Origin: Acidobacteriota bacterium
Lineage (GTDB): Bacteria; Acidobacteriota; Thermoanaerobaculia; Multivoradales; Multivoraceae
Length of the DNA stretch: 64,000 nucleotides
NCBI GenBank assembly: GCA_011525365.1
Contig: WTGQ01000002.1
Coordinates: forward strand, 3,092,140 to 3,156,139
Reading direction: 5' to 3'
The notes beneath the pieces were generated by a model that was not told the origin of the DNA, ran no database searches, and saw only the letters and a program-made list of their open reading frames with translations. Positions 42,696 through 51,571 of this stretch are shown here, in pieces (positions within the stretch are counted from its first letter, which is position 1; every line of letters begins with the position of its first letter). The position numbers and the translations under genes were made by a program.

Positions 42696-44084
42696 CTACT
42701 CCGCGCCGTCGAGGCGGCGCACCTTGATGCTGCGGAAGGCCACCTCGTCGCCATGGTCCTGCAAGAGGATGCGGCCCTCCGGCCACTTGCCGAACCCGTC
42801 GCGGCCTGCGAACTTGCTCAGGGCGATCGCTTCGTCGAGTTCCGCCGAGTTCCGGTCGAACGCCAGCACCAACTGGTGGTTCAGCCAATGCTCCACCGTG
42901 CCGTCGGCGCGGACCACGATCCGCGCGTGGTTGTAGCGGTCCGGTCCATGGACGAAACGGAACTGCTTGGTCGCCGGCAGCAGGTCGTAGAGCGAGGCGA
43001 GGGTCCGGTTGCCGTTCAGGCCGGCCTCAGCGTCCGGATGCCGTGAATCGTCGAGGATCTGGTACTCGAACGCGACCGCCGTCCCGGGAGCCGAGTCGTA
43101 GCCCTCCGTCACCAGGTACTTGATGCCGCTGTTCGCGCCTTCCGTCATCCGGAACTCCAACTGGAGCTCGAACGCGGAGAACGTCTCCCGGGTCACGATC
43201 CCGCCACCCCGTGGTCCACCGGGTTCCGAGGCGAGCACCGTCAGCTCTCTCTCGCGCACTGCCCAGCCGGTCGCCGGAAAGTCCTCGCGGTGGGCGCCGC
43301 GCCAGGCCTCCGTACTTTCGCCATCGAAGAGCAGCTCCCAGCCCAGGGCCGCCTCGGCCTCCGATAGCTGGTTTGGCCGCGTGTCGACGACGTAGGGAAA
43401 CGAACGACCGCTCGGCGTCAGGTCCTCGGTTCGCAACAGCACGTTCCGGTAGCGGACCTGCAGGCCGCCCTGGTCCGGCCCGACCGAGTGGACCTGCAGG
43501 GCAATGAAACCGCGCGGCGTCATCTCGTCGATGAGAAACGTCGCCGGCACATTGTTCAGCCAGGTCCGGATCTCGGAGCCGATCGCCTCGATGTAGACGT
43601 GGTTCCAGTCTCCCTGGCGAAAGGCCTGACTCGCCGCCGGGTTCAGCGTCAGCGGAAACAACCAGCCGCGGCGGGCTTCGTCGTAGATGCCCGCGCTCCA
43701 GGCGCGTTCGCTGGGATCGATCTCCACCTGGTATCCGTGCACGACGCCATTCCAGTAGTCCGGGTCGCTGTGGCTGCGGATCTGGATGCCCGCGTTCAGC
43801 CCTTCATCGACCTTGAACTCCAGTTGCAGAGCGAAGTCCCCGTACTCCTCCGTCGTGGCGAGGAAGGAGTTCGGCGTCTCGATCACCGCGGTACCGACGA
43901 TCGTGTCGCCGTCAAGAGCGTACTCCGCCGCTCCGCCCAGTTGCCGCCATCCCTGCTCGAGTCCGCCGGCGGTCAGGTCGACCCAACCGGAGTCGGGATC
44001 GGGCTGGGCGAGCCCGGCTGCGGCCGCGGCAAGAAAGATCAGCAGACCGGCCGAGGGAAACGTCAAGGCTGGGGCAAGGTGCAT
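42696..44084 (-). CDS. Secreted tandem DUF1080 (3-keto-disaccharide hydrolase-like) protein
   Basis: Signal peptide; two repeats with YGDFALQLEFK...NAGIQ...GYQVEID...WN...GFIALQVH and FSAFELQLEF...ANSGIKY...EYQILDD...GRILLQDHG...FRSIKVR. Confidence 0.85.
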   Translation of the reverse strand: MHLAPALTFPSAGLLIFLAAAAAGLAQPDPDSGWVDLTAGGLEQGWRQLGGAAEYALDGDTIVGTAVIETPNSFLATTEEYGDFALQLEFKVDEGLNAGIQIRSHSDPDYWNGVVHGYQVEIDPSERAWSAGIYDEARRGWLFPLTLNPAASQAFRQGDWNHVYIEAIGSEIRTWLNNVPATFLIDEMTPRGFIALQVHSVGPDQGGLQVRYRNVLLRTEDLTPSGRSFPYVVDTRPNQLSEAEAALGWELLFDGESTEAWRGAHREDFPATGWAVRERELTVLASEPGGPRGGGIVTRETFSAFELQLEFRMTEGANSGIKYLVTEGYDSAPGTAVAFEYQILDDSRHPDAEAGLNGNRTLASLYDLLPATKQFRFVHGPDRYNHARIVVRADGTVEHWLNHQLVLAFDRNSAELDEAIALSKFAGRDGFGKWPEGRILLQDHGDEVAFRSIKVRRLDGAE

Positions 44085-44141
44085 CGACGCGCGAGCTTAC
44101 CCGCATAGGATCGCCGCTCCCCGAACAAGGAGGAGGCGACC

Positions 44142-45215
44142 TTGGAATCGATCGATATCCACCCGCAGGCGTTGCGCGACGTAGCGACAACGGTCCTGAA
44201 AGCGGGCGGCAGCAGCGCCGACGAAGCACGTATCGTCGCCGACCACCTCGTGCTGGCGAACCTCTCGGGCCACGACAGCCACGGCGTCGGCATGCTGCCC
44301 GCCTACGAGCGGAGCCTCAGCAACGGAACCCTGAATCCGAACCAGAACGTCGAGCTGGTCCGCGACGACGGCGCGATCATGATGTTCGACGGCGGCATGG
44401 GCTACGGCCAGGTCGTCGGCCGCCAGGCGACGGCCGCGGCGATCGAGCGTTGCCGGAGCACCGGCGTGGTCGTGGCGCCGGTCCGCTACTGCCACCACCT
44501 GGGCCGGATCGGCACCTACGGCGAGCAGGTGGCCGACGCCGGTCTCGCTTCGCTTCACTTCGTCAACGTGGTCGGTCACCAGGCCCTGGTCGCGCCCTAC
44601 CGGGGGACTGACGCCCGTTACTCGACGAATCCGATCTGCCTGTCGCTGCCCGGCAGCGACGAGCAGCCGCCCGTCCTTCTCGACATGGCGACCAGCCGAA
44701 TCGCGCACGGCAAGGCGCGTGTGGCGCACAACATGGGCGAGGAGACACCCGAGGGCTCCCTGATCGACCACCGCGGCCGCAAGACCCGCGACCCGGGCGT
44801 GCTCTTCCGGCAGCCGGCGGGGGCGTTGACCTCCTTCGGGGACCACAAGGGCTACGGCCTCGCCGTCTTCTGCGAACTCCTCGGCGGCATGATGAGCGGC
44901 GGCCGCACGGCCCAGCCCGAGCACGAGATGGAAGGCACGATCTGCAACAACATGTTCATGATCGTGTTCGATCCGGACCGGCTGATCGCTCGTTCGGCGA
45001 TGGAGCACGAGCTCGCCGCCCTGGTCGCCCACGTCAAGGCGTCGCCCGCCGCCGAGCCGGACGAGCCGGTACTCGTACCCGGCGACCCGGAGCGCGCCAG
45101 CAGGATCGAACGCGCCGACGCGATCCCGGTGGACGCCGAGTCCTGGCGGCAGATCGTCGCCGCCGGCGAGCGGTTGGGGTTGGAGGCCGGGCGGCTGGCA
45201 GCGATCGCGGCCTAG
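44142..45215 (+). CDS. Ldh_2 family (malate/L-lactate/ureidoglycolate) dehydrogenase
   Basis: TTG start with AAGGAGGAGG SD; ANLSGHDSHGVG, HHLGRIG, STNP, LDMATS, GDHKGYGL, VLVPGDPE. Confidence 0.9.
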   Translation: MESIDIHPQALRDVATTVLKAGGSSADEARIVADHLVLANLSGHDSHGVGMLPAYERSLSNGTLNPNQNVELVRDDGAIMMFDGGMGYGQVVGRQATAAAIERCRSTGVVVAPVRYCHHLGRIGTYGEQVADAGLASLHFVNVVGHQALVAPYRGTDARYSTNPICLSLPGSDEQPPVLLDMATSRIAHGKARVAHNMGEETPEGSLIDHRGRKTRDPGVLFRQPAGALTSFGDHKGYGLAVFCELLGGMMSGGRTAQPEHEMEGTICNNMFMIVFDPDRLIARSAMEHELAALVAHVKASPAAEPDEPVLVPGDPERASRIERADAIPVDAESWRQIVAAGERLGLEAGRLAAIAA

Positions 45216-46258
45216 CGCTCGACCTCCGCGAAGAAGTCCCACTGCAGCTCGGCGCCGAAGTTGCCGGCGTCGTCGCGCGGCCAGACGTGGGCACCGTCCC
45301 AGGAGCAACTGCGGACGGCGCGCTCGCCGGCGCAGCCGGCGTGCTCGACGCAGCTCAGTTCCCGCCGGCCGTCCCAGGGCGTCTCGACCGCGACCGGTTC
45401 GGCGGCACAGGATTGCGACTCCGCCCACTTCGCCGCGACCTCCGCCTGCGACGTGTAGATGTAGCCGTCACTGGCGAACGAACCGTCGATCGGCACCGTG
45501 CGGTCGGTCGTGCCGCCTACCAGCAGCATCGACGGACCGGGCGCTTCGGCCGCGCAGTTGAAGCCGCGCGCCAGATAGCCGTGCATCGGAGCAACGCCGG
45601 CCAGCCGGTCGCCGAGGGCGCAACCAAGCCGGTGGACGAACATGCCGCCGTTGCTGTAGCCGGAGGCGAAGACGCGGTCCGTGTCGATGCAGAGCTCCGC
45701 CGACAGGTGGTCGATCAGGGCGGCGATGTAGCCGACGTCGTCGTGGCATGAGCACCAGTTGCACTGCCCGCACGTCCCGCACTCCGGCGGGCAGGGATAC
45801 GGATCCGCGTTCTCCCGACAGGCGGGCGCTTCCGGCTGGAGCGGCGCGCTGCAGGCGAGATCGTTCCAGGAAGTGATCGTGGCCCTCCGGCCCCCCGCCG
45901 CATCACCGAGCGGCGCCTCGAACGACGTGCCCTGCGGGAACGCGAGCACGAAACCCTCGCGATCGGAGAGTTCCGACAGACCCGTCCAGCCGTCGCTGTG
46001 CCGGGCGCTGCCGGTGTAGCCGTGTACGTGCAGCCAGAGCGGCGCCGGGGAGGCGCCGTCGTAGCGGGCCGGCAGGTGGAGCCGATAGCCGCGGACCAGG
46101 CCGTCGTGGGCGAGTTCCAGGTCGACGCTGGCACCGGGCCGTGCGACCGATGCGGGGCCGGGGCCAGAGGAGCAGCCAGGGCTGTCGGCGGCGGCAAGGG
46201 GCACGGTGACAGCGAGTAACGCGGCGATAGCCGCGATGATTGACCGCCGCGAGGGCAT
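45212..46258 (-). CDS. Secreted LpqC/PHB-depolymerase-like esterase with a Cys-rich insertion
   Basis: Signal peptide; RGYRLHLP, HGYTG, GFVLAFPQG, WN...DDVGYI, IDTDRVFASGYSNGG, GTTDRTVP, GAHVWP. Confidence 0.8.
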   Translation of the reverse strand: MPSRRSIIAAIAALLAVTVPLAAADSPGCSSGPGPASVARPGASVDLELAHDGLVRGYRLHLPARYDGASPAPLWLHVHGYTGSARHSDGWTGLSELSDREGFVLAFPQGTSFEAPLGDAAGGRRATITSWNDLACSAPLQPEAPACRENADPYPCPPECGTCGQCNWCSCHDDVGYIAALIDHLSAELCIDTDRVFASGYSNGGMFVHRLGCALGDRLAGVAPMHGYLARGFNCAAEAPGPSMLLVGGTTDRTVPIDGSFASDGYIYTSQAEVAAKWAESQSCAAEPVAVETPWDGRRELSCVEHAGCAGERAVRSCSWDGAHVWPRDDAGNFGAELQWDFFAEVER

Positions 46259-46280
46259 TCCCGGCATCGTAGCGCGGCGC

Positions 46281-47081
46281 CTAGCCTGGCAGCACCTGGA
46301 AGTAGCCATCCCGCTCGACCAACTGTACGCGGACCTCGAACAGCTCGGTAAGGGCCGCGCTCGTCAGGACTTCGTCCTTCGGTCCGTCCGCGAAGATCCG
46401 GCCGGCCTTGAGCAGCACGACGCGCTCGACTTCGGGCGGAATCTGGTCGACGTGGTGGGTGACGATGATCAGCGTCGTTCCCGCAGCAGCCAGGGCCCGT
46501 AGCCGCTGCATCAGTCCGAAGGCCGCTTGCAGATCGAGGCCGGTCGCCGGCTCGTCGAGCAGCAGGGTGTGCGGCTCGTGGACCAGGGCCCGCGCCAGCA
46601 GCAGGCGACGCTGCTCACCGGAGGACAGCGTGTCGAAGCGACGCTCCAGCAGGTCGCCGGCGCCCTGGCTCCCTGCCGCTGCCTCGGCCCTGCGCCGCTG
46701 CGCGTCCGTCAACCCCTGGTGCCGGTAGACGCCGACGCTGGCGAAGTAGCCGGAGCACACCACGTCCAGACCCGAGAGCCAGCCGTGGTGCGTCGCCTGC
46801 AGTTCGTGCGACACGACGCCGAGTTGTCGGCGCACGTCGAACACGTTCCACCGGTCCCGGCCCAGCAGCCGCATTCGCACGCCGGGCCGGCGAATCGGGA
46901 AGAACTCGCCGTTCAGCATCCGCAACAGGGTCGACTTGCCGGCCCCGTTGGGCCCCAGCACCGCCGTGTTCTGCCCCCGCGGGATGGTCAGCGTCACGCC
47001 GTCGAGCGCCCGCCGGTCGCCGCGCAGGACGGTGACGTCGGCGAGTTCGAGCAGGCCGGCCCGGTCTCGGGGCTGCGACAC
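46281..47081 (-). CDS. ABC transporter ATP-binding protein (YlmA/ModF-like), orphan
   Basis: GPNGAGKS Walker A, LSSGEQRR signature, LLLDEP Walker B, VTHH. Confidence 0.88.
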   Translation of the reverse strand: MSQPRDRAGLLELADVTVLRGDRRALDGVTLTIPRGQNTAVLGPNGAGKSTLLRMLNGEFFPIRRPGVRMRLLGRDRWNVFDVRRQLGVVSHELQATHHGWLSGLDVVCSGYFASVGVYRHQGLTDAQRRRAEAAAGSQGAGDLLERRFDTLSSGEQRRLLLARALVHEPHTLLLDEPATGLDLQAAFGLMQRLRALAAAGTTLIIVTHHVDQIPPEVERVVLLKAGRIFADGPKDEVLTSAALTELFEVRVQLVERDGYFQVLPG

Positions 47082-47087
47082 GGCAAC

Positions 47088-48095
47088 CTATCGTCGGGCG
47101 ATGACCGCGGCCGTACGTGCGATCGCCTCGGTCAGCGGCACGCGGGGGCGCCAGTCCAGATCCCGGCGCGCCTTGTCGACGCTGTAGTAGTGGTGCGTAT
47201 TGAGATACCGGATCGCGAACCGCGACAGCCCATCCTCAGGAACGATGCCGCGCCGCGCGACCCAGTGGAACGCCTCCATCGCCCCGGCGCCCGCATAGGC
47301 GAGCCAGTACGGAATGCGGCGGCGGATGGGGCCGTAGCCAGTGGCCACCAGCACTCGCTCGACGAACTCGAAGAAGGGGGTCGGCTCGCCGTTCGTCACG
47401 AAGTACGCCTGGCCGGACACCGGCCCATCCGGTCGAAGCCGCGCCTCCGCAGCCAGAACGGCATCGACGACGTTGTCTATGTACACGAAATCGGACAACT
47501 TGGTCCGGCGACCGACCTCGCGGATGCCGGCGCCGTCCGCCCGCCTGAAGATGTTCGGCAGCAACCGCCGGTCACCCTTTCCGAAAACGAGGTGCGGCCG
47601 CAACGCGCACACGCAGGTTGCGCCCTCGGCCGCGAACGCAAGGACGCTCTGTTCCGCGGCGATCTTGCTGTCGGCGTAGGCGCTGATGGAGACGCTCGCG
47701 TAAGGAAGTCCCTCGTCGCCGGCCTCGATGTCCCGGCCTTCGTAGACCACGCTGGCCGAGCTGATGTGGACGAGTCTTCCCACGCCGGCCTGCCGGCAGG
47801 CGTCCACTACGTTGATTGTCCCCCCGAAGTTGACATCCCACATTTCGGCGCGCCCCGTGTTGCGGGTTTGAACGACCGAAGCGCAGTGGACGACCGTCTC
47901 GCACCCGCGGCAGGCATCGATGACAGCCGGGGCGTCCCGGATGTCCAGGTCCAGGAACTTCACGTCGTCCCGGAACGGTCGGCACCGCAGGTCGGCTACG
48001 CGCACGTCGCGTCCCGCGTCGGCGAACGCGTGCACAACCGCCGCGCCGATGAACCCGCAGCCACCGGTCACGAGCACGGATCCGGTGGAGGACAT
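47088..48095 (-). CDS. 3-beta-hydroxysteroid dehydrogenase / NSDHL(ERG26)-like extended SDR
   Basis: VLVTGGCGFIG, VVHCAS, VNFGGT.NVVDAC, SSASVV, YADSKIAAE (YxxxK), CALRPHLVFGKGD, DFVYIDNV, GQAYFVTNGEP, HYYSVDKARRDL. Confidence 0.8.
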   Translation of the reverse strand: MSSTGSVLVTGGCGFIGAAVVHAFADAGRDVRVADLRCRPFRDDVKFLDLDIRDAPAVIDACRGCETVVHCASVVQTRNTGRAEMWDVNFGGTINVVDACRQAGVGRLVHISSASVVYEGRDIEAGDEGLPYASVSISAYADSKIAAEQSVLAFAAEGATCVCALRPHLVFGKGDRRLLPNIFRRADGAGIREVGRRTKLSDFVYIDNVVDAVLAAEARLRPDGPVSGQAYFVTNGEPTPFFEFVERVLVATGYGPIRRRIPYWLAYAGAGAMEAFHWVARRGIVPEDGLSRFAIRYLNTHHYYSVDKARRDLDWRPRVPLTEAIARTAAVIARR

Positions 48096-48131
48096 CCCGC
48101 CGCCCACTAGACGCCGAAGACGAAGCGCACC

Positions 48132-48767
48132 CTAGCCCCGCGTTCCGAACAGCCAATCCCACAATGGCGTGATCACCCCGTAGTTGCCGCCCCGGCTATG
48201 GTGGATGTCATGCCTCTCGGCGAAGTGGTTCGGCAGCCACGCCAGACGGAAGGGAAGTTGGAGGTTCGCGTGATGCAGCAGGTTGACGACCGTGTGCAGG
48301 AGCGAGACCGCCACGAACGCTCCCAGCCCCATGGGGCCCACGATCGCCACGGACGCCAGCAGGACCACCAGTCCGGCGACCGTCTCGAACGGATGCAGGT
48401 ACAGGGAATCGATGGCGGTGGGATGAAGATTGCGGTGATGGACCCAGTGAATCCGCCGCATGAGCTTCGGCAGATGCAACCCGCGATGTAGCCAGTAGTA
48501 ACCGAAATCGTACAGCAGCAGGACAGCGAAGGGCGCCCACCAACGCGATGGCCGGGATGGATCGACGAGGTGCGTTCCGAACACCACGATGCCCACCAGG
48601 TACACCCCAAGCGCCACAGTGCCGTTGGCCAGTACGTTCCTGTAGCGATTCGACTGCCGATGCCCGTCACCCGGTGCAATCCGCCACGCGTCGAACCGGA
48701 GATGCGCCCACTGCAACGCGCCCATGAATGCGGCCACGGCCAGGATCACGCTCGCCACGTAGGTCAT
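48132..48767 (-). CDS. Sterol desaturase / fatty acid hydroxylase superfamily (ERG3/ERG25-like) membrane di-iron enzyme
   Basis: His boxes DFGYYWLHRGLH, IHWVHH, LHPFE, NLLHHAN, HDIHH; GNYG...LWDWLFGT. Confidence 0.85.
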   Translation of the reverse strand: MTYVASVILAVAAFMGALQWAHLRFDAWRIAPGDGHRQSNRYRNVLANGTVALGVYLVGIVVFGTHLVDPSRPSRWWAPFAVLLLYDFGYYWLHRGLHLPKLMRRIHWVHHRNLHPTAIDSLYLHPFETVAGLVVLLASVAIVGPMGLGAFVAVSLLHTVVNLLHHANLQLPFRLAWLPNHFAERHDIHHSRGGNYGVITPLWDWLFGTRG

Positions 48768-48789
48768 GAACTGCCTCGCCCCACCGGCC

Positions 48790-49587
48790 TCACCGCCCCC
48801 GGAACCGCGGCGGCCGCTTCTCGAGGAAGGCCTTCCGGCCCTCGACGTAGTCCTCGGAGCGGAAGCAGGCCTCGACAAGCTGCTTGACCCGGTCCAGATC
48901 GCGGCGTTCCGGGTCCTTCGTGGCCTGCCTGATCGCGAACTTGGCGGCGCGGAGCGTCAGCGGGGCGTTGGCCGCCATCCTGCCAGCCAGCTCCCGGACG
49001 GTGTCCTCAAGGTCATCGACGGCGGTCACCCGGTCGATCAGGCCCATGTGCAGCGCCTCGGCGGCGTTGAACCGCCGCGCCGTCAGCAGGATCTCGCTGG
49101 TGCGGGACGGCCCGACGAGATCGACCAGCACCTTGATCCCGGCGAAGCCGTAGCCCACGCCCAGCCGGCCGGCCGGGATCCCGAACAGCGAGTCCTCCGA
49201 GGCGATGCGCAGGTCCGCGTTGAGCGCCGTCGCCAAACCGCCGCCGAGGCAGTAGCCACGGATCATCGCGATCAGCGGCTTCTCCAGCGCGGCGAACGCC
49301 CGGCCAGTCTCGCGGCCTGCCCGGTCGTAGCGCTCACGGGCCTCCACCGTCGTCCGCAGCTTCTCGAACTCGGAGATGTCGGCGCCGGAGACGAATGCCC
49401 GGTCACCGGCTCCACGCAGCACGACGACCCGCACCGCGTCGTCCTCCTGGAACCGCCGAAGTACCTCCGCCTGTGCCACCTGCATCTCGAACGAGAGCGC
49501 GTTCCGCCGCTCCGGGTTGTTGTAGATGAGCCAGCCGACGCCGTCCTCGATCTCGGCGACCATCTTCGTCGTAGGCAGTTCGATCAT
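48790..49587 (-). CDS. Enoyl-CoA hydratase/isomerase (crotonase family)
   Basis: NNPERRNALS, AFVSGADISEF, KPLIAMIRGYCLGGG, FGIPAGRLG, DYVEGRKAFLEKRPPRF. Alternative GTG start at 49593 overlapping the upstream stop. Confidence 0.9.
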   Translation of the reverse strand: MIELPTTKMVAEIEDGVGWLIYNNPERRNALSFEMQVAQAEVLRRFQEDDAVRVVVLRGAGDRAFVSGADISEFEKLRTTVEARERYDRAGRETGRAFAALEKPLIAMIRGYCLGGGLATALNADLRIASEDSLFGIPAGRLGVGYGFAGIKVLVDLVGPSRTSEILLTARRFNAAEALHMGLIDRVTAVDDLEDTVRELAGRMAANAPLTLRAAKFAIRQATKDPERRDLDRVKQLVEACFRSEDYVEGRKAFLEKRPPRFRGR

Positions 49588-49589
49588 GT

Positions 49590-50768
49590 TCACGCGACGA
49601 CTCCCGCAGCTCGCAGAGTCTCGATCTCGGTGTCTTCCAGCCCCGCCTCGGCGAGGATCTCGTCGCTGTGCTCGCCCGGCCCGGGCGCCCGGCTCCGCAG
49701 CTCGAAGGGCGTTCGCCGGAGCTGGACCGGCTGGCCCACGAGCCGCACCGGGCCGAGCTCCGGGTGATCCAGCGGCACGGCGATGCCGGAGTGCCGGACC
49801 TGGGGGTCGGCGAAGGTCTGGCCCAGGTCGTAGACCGGGCCGCACGGCAGGCCGGCGTCGTTCAGGCGCCGGACGATCTCCTCCACCTCGAAGCGCTGCG
49901 TCAGCTCCGCGACCTCCTCCTCGAGCCGCGCACGGTTGGCGACGCGGCCGGCGGAGTCCCCGTACTCCGTCCGCTCGAGCAGTTTCTCGCCTCCCAGGGC
50001 CCGGCACATGCCACGAAAGTGCTTGTTGCTAGTCGCCGCAATGTTCACCCAGCCGTCGGCCGCCGGGAAGGTCCCCATCGGCGCGATCGTCGGGTGGTGG
50101 TTGCCCTGCTGGCCGGGAACTTCGCCCTCGACCAGAAAGCGCGCGGCCTGGAAGTCGAGCATGCCGATCATCGCCTCGAGCAGCGAGGTCGTCACCCACT
50201 GCCCTTCGCCCGACCGCTCGCGCTCGCGGAGGGCCGCCATGATGCCGAAGGCGAGGTAGAGGCCGGCCGCCAGGTCCGAGATCGCCGTGCCCACCCTCAC
50301 CGGACCCTGACCGGGCAACCCCGTCACCGACATCAAACCCCCCAGACCCTGGGCGATCTGATCGACGCCGCCCCGCTCCCGGTACGGCCCCGTCTGGCCG
50401 AAGCCGGACACGCTGGCGTAGACGATGCGCGGGTTGACCGCCCGCACCGTGTCGTAGTCGAAGCCGAGCCGGTGCTTCACGTCGGCGCGGTAGTTCTCGA
50501 CCAGCACGTCCGCGTCGCGGGCCAGGCGCAGCAGCACCTCACGGCCTTCGTCCTTCTTCAGGTCCAGCGTCAGGCAGCGCTTGTTGCGGTGGAGATTCTG
50601 GTAGTCGTGACCGAGCCGGCGGGAGATGCCGATGTCCTTGCCGGGCGCTGGCGGGCGCTCGATTCGCACGACGTCGGCGCCCCAGTCCGCGAGTTGCCGC
50701 ACCGCGGTCGGCCCTGCACGGGCAATCGTCAGATCGAGGACCCGCAGGTCCGCCAGGGGGAGTGACAT
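49590..50768 (-). CDS. CaiB/BaiF family III CoA-transferase
   Basis: LADLRVLDLT..RAGP, LADWGADVVRIE, HRNKRCLTLDLK, DVLVENYR, SGFGQTGP, D.IAQGLGGLMSVTG, ISDLAAG, PGPGEHS. Confidence 0.92.
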   Translation of the reverse strand: MSLPLADLRVLDLTIARAGPTAVRQLADWGADVVRIERPPAPGKDIGISRRLGHDYQNLHRNKRCLTLDLKKDEGREVLLRLARDADVLVENYRADVKHRLGFDYDTVRAVNPRIVYASVSGFGQTGPYRERGGVDQIAQGLGGLMSVTGLPGQGPVRVGTAISDLAAGLYLAFGIMAALRERERSGEGQWVTTSLLEAMIGMLDFQAARFLVEGEVPGQQGNHHPTIAPMGTFPAADGWVNIAATSNKHFRGMCRALGGEKLLERTEYGDSAGRVANRARLEEEVAELTQRFEVEEIVRRLNDAGLPCGPVYDLGQTFADPQVRHSGIAVPLDHPELGPVRLVGQPVQLRRTPFELRSRAPGPGEHSDEILAEAGLEDTEIETLRAAGVVA

Positions 50769-50777
50769 GGGTCGGAA

Positions 50778-51512
50778 TCAGACCTCGGGCACCGGTACGT
50801 TGACTGGCTGCGCATCGGGCGGCCGCTCCAGGTCCCGCAAGAGCCAGGAAAGCGCTTCCTCGACCTGCCGCTTCGCGCCGTGCTCGACGATCTCGCCGTG
50901 GCACGGAACGAGGCGGTCGAACGGACAACAGAGCATGCGGAGACAGCTTGCCGCGGCCGCGGGCCGGTCCCGCACCGCCAGTCGGAAGACCCGGCTCTGC
51001 GCCACGCCGCCATAGGCCCCGGTGAGCCGCATGTAGGTCATGACGGCCGGCCCCAGCCGCTGCCTGAGGTTGAAGAGGAGATCCGCGACCAGCAGCGAAC
51101 CGCTCGGACGATGGACGAAGACGACCTCCCTGAACGTCGGCATGCCCTCGATGGGAATCGGCTGCAGCTCGTCTCCCCAGGGAGCGGCGACCCCCAGCGT
51201 ACCGGCGAACGTCACATCCGGCCGCTTCCTTTCGAGTCCCGGCGTCGCGTGAACCTCCGCCTCCGGAAATCGTTCGGACGCCGCCGGCAGGTGAAGGTGA
51301 TGGAACAGGTTCGGCGCCACGAGGTACTCCACGCGACCCAGCTCGCCGATCTCGGCCGCCAACGCCTCGTCCATCGGTCCCGCCGAATGAATCCAAAGGC
51401 CGCCGGAGGCCAACCGCACGACGGTCATCCGGCACGGCACGACGAAACCCAACCCGAACTTCTGACGATGCTCGGCGCACCAGACGCCGGTGCAGATCTC
51501 CTGAAGACCCAT
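50778..51512 (-). CDS. DUF4336-family (MBL-like) protein
   Basis: RMTVVRLASGGLWIHS, VAPNLFHHLHL, EVVFVHRPSGSLLVADL, FDRLVPCHG. Confidence 0.8.
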   Translation of the reverse strand: MGLQEICTGVWCAEHRQKFGLGFVVPCRMTVVRLASGGLWIHSAGPMDEALAAEIGELGRVEYLVAPNLFHHLHLPAASERFPEAEVHATPGLERKRPDVTFAGTLGVAAPWGDELQPIPIEGMPTFREVVFVHRPSGSLLVADLLFNLRQRLGPAVMTYMRLTGAYGGVAQSRVFRLAVRDRPAAAASCLRMLCCPFDRLVPCHGEIVEHGAKRQVEEALSWLLRDLERPPDAQPVNVPVPEV

Positions 51513-51571
51513 CCGCGCAAGTATAGGAGTCCCAGTCGCGGCCAGTTCCCTCGGCGTAGAATCCCCCGGCC

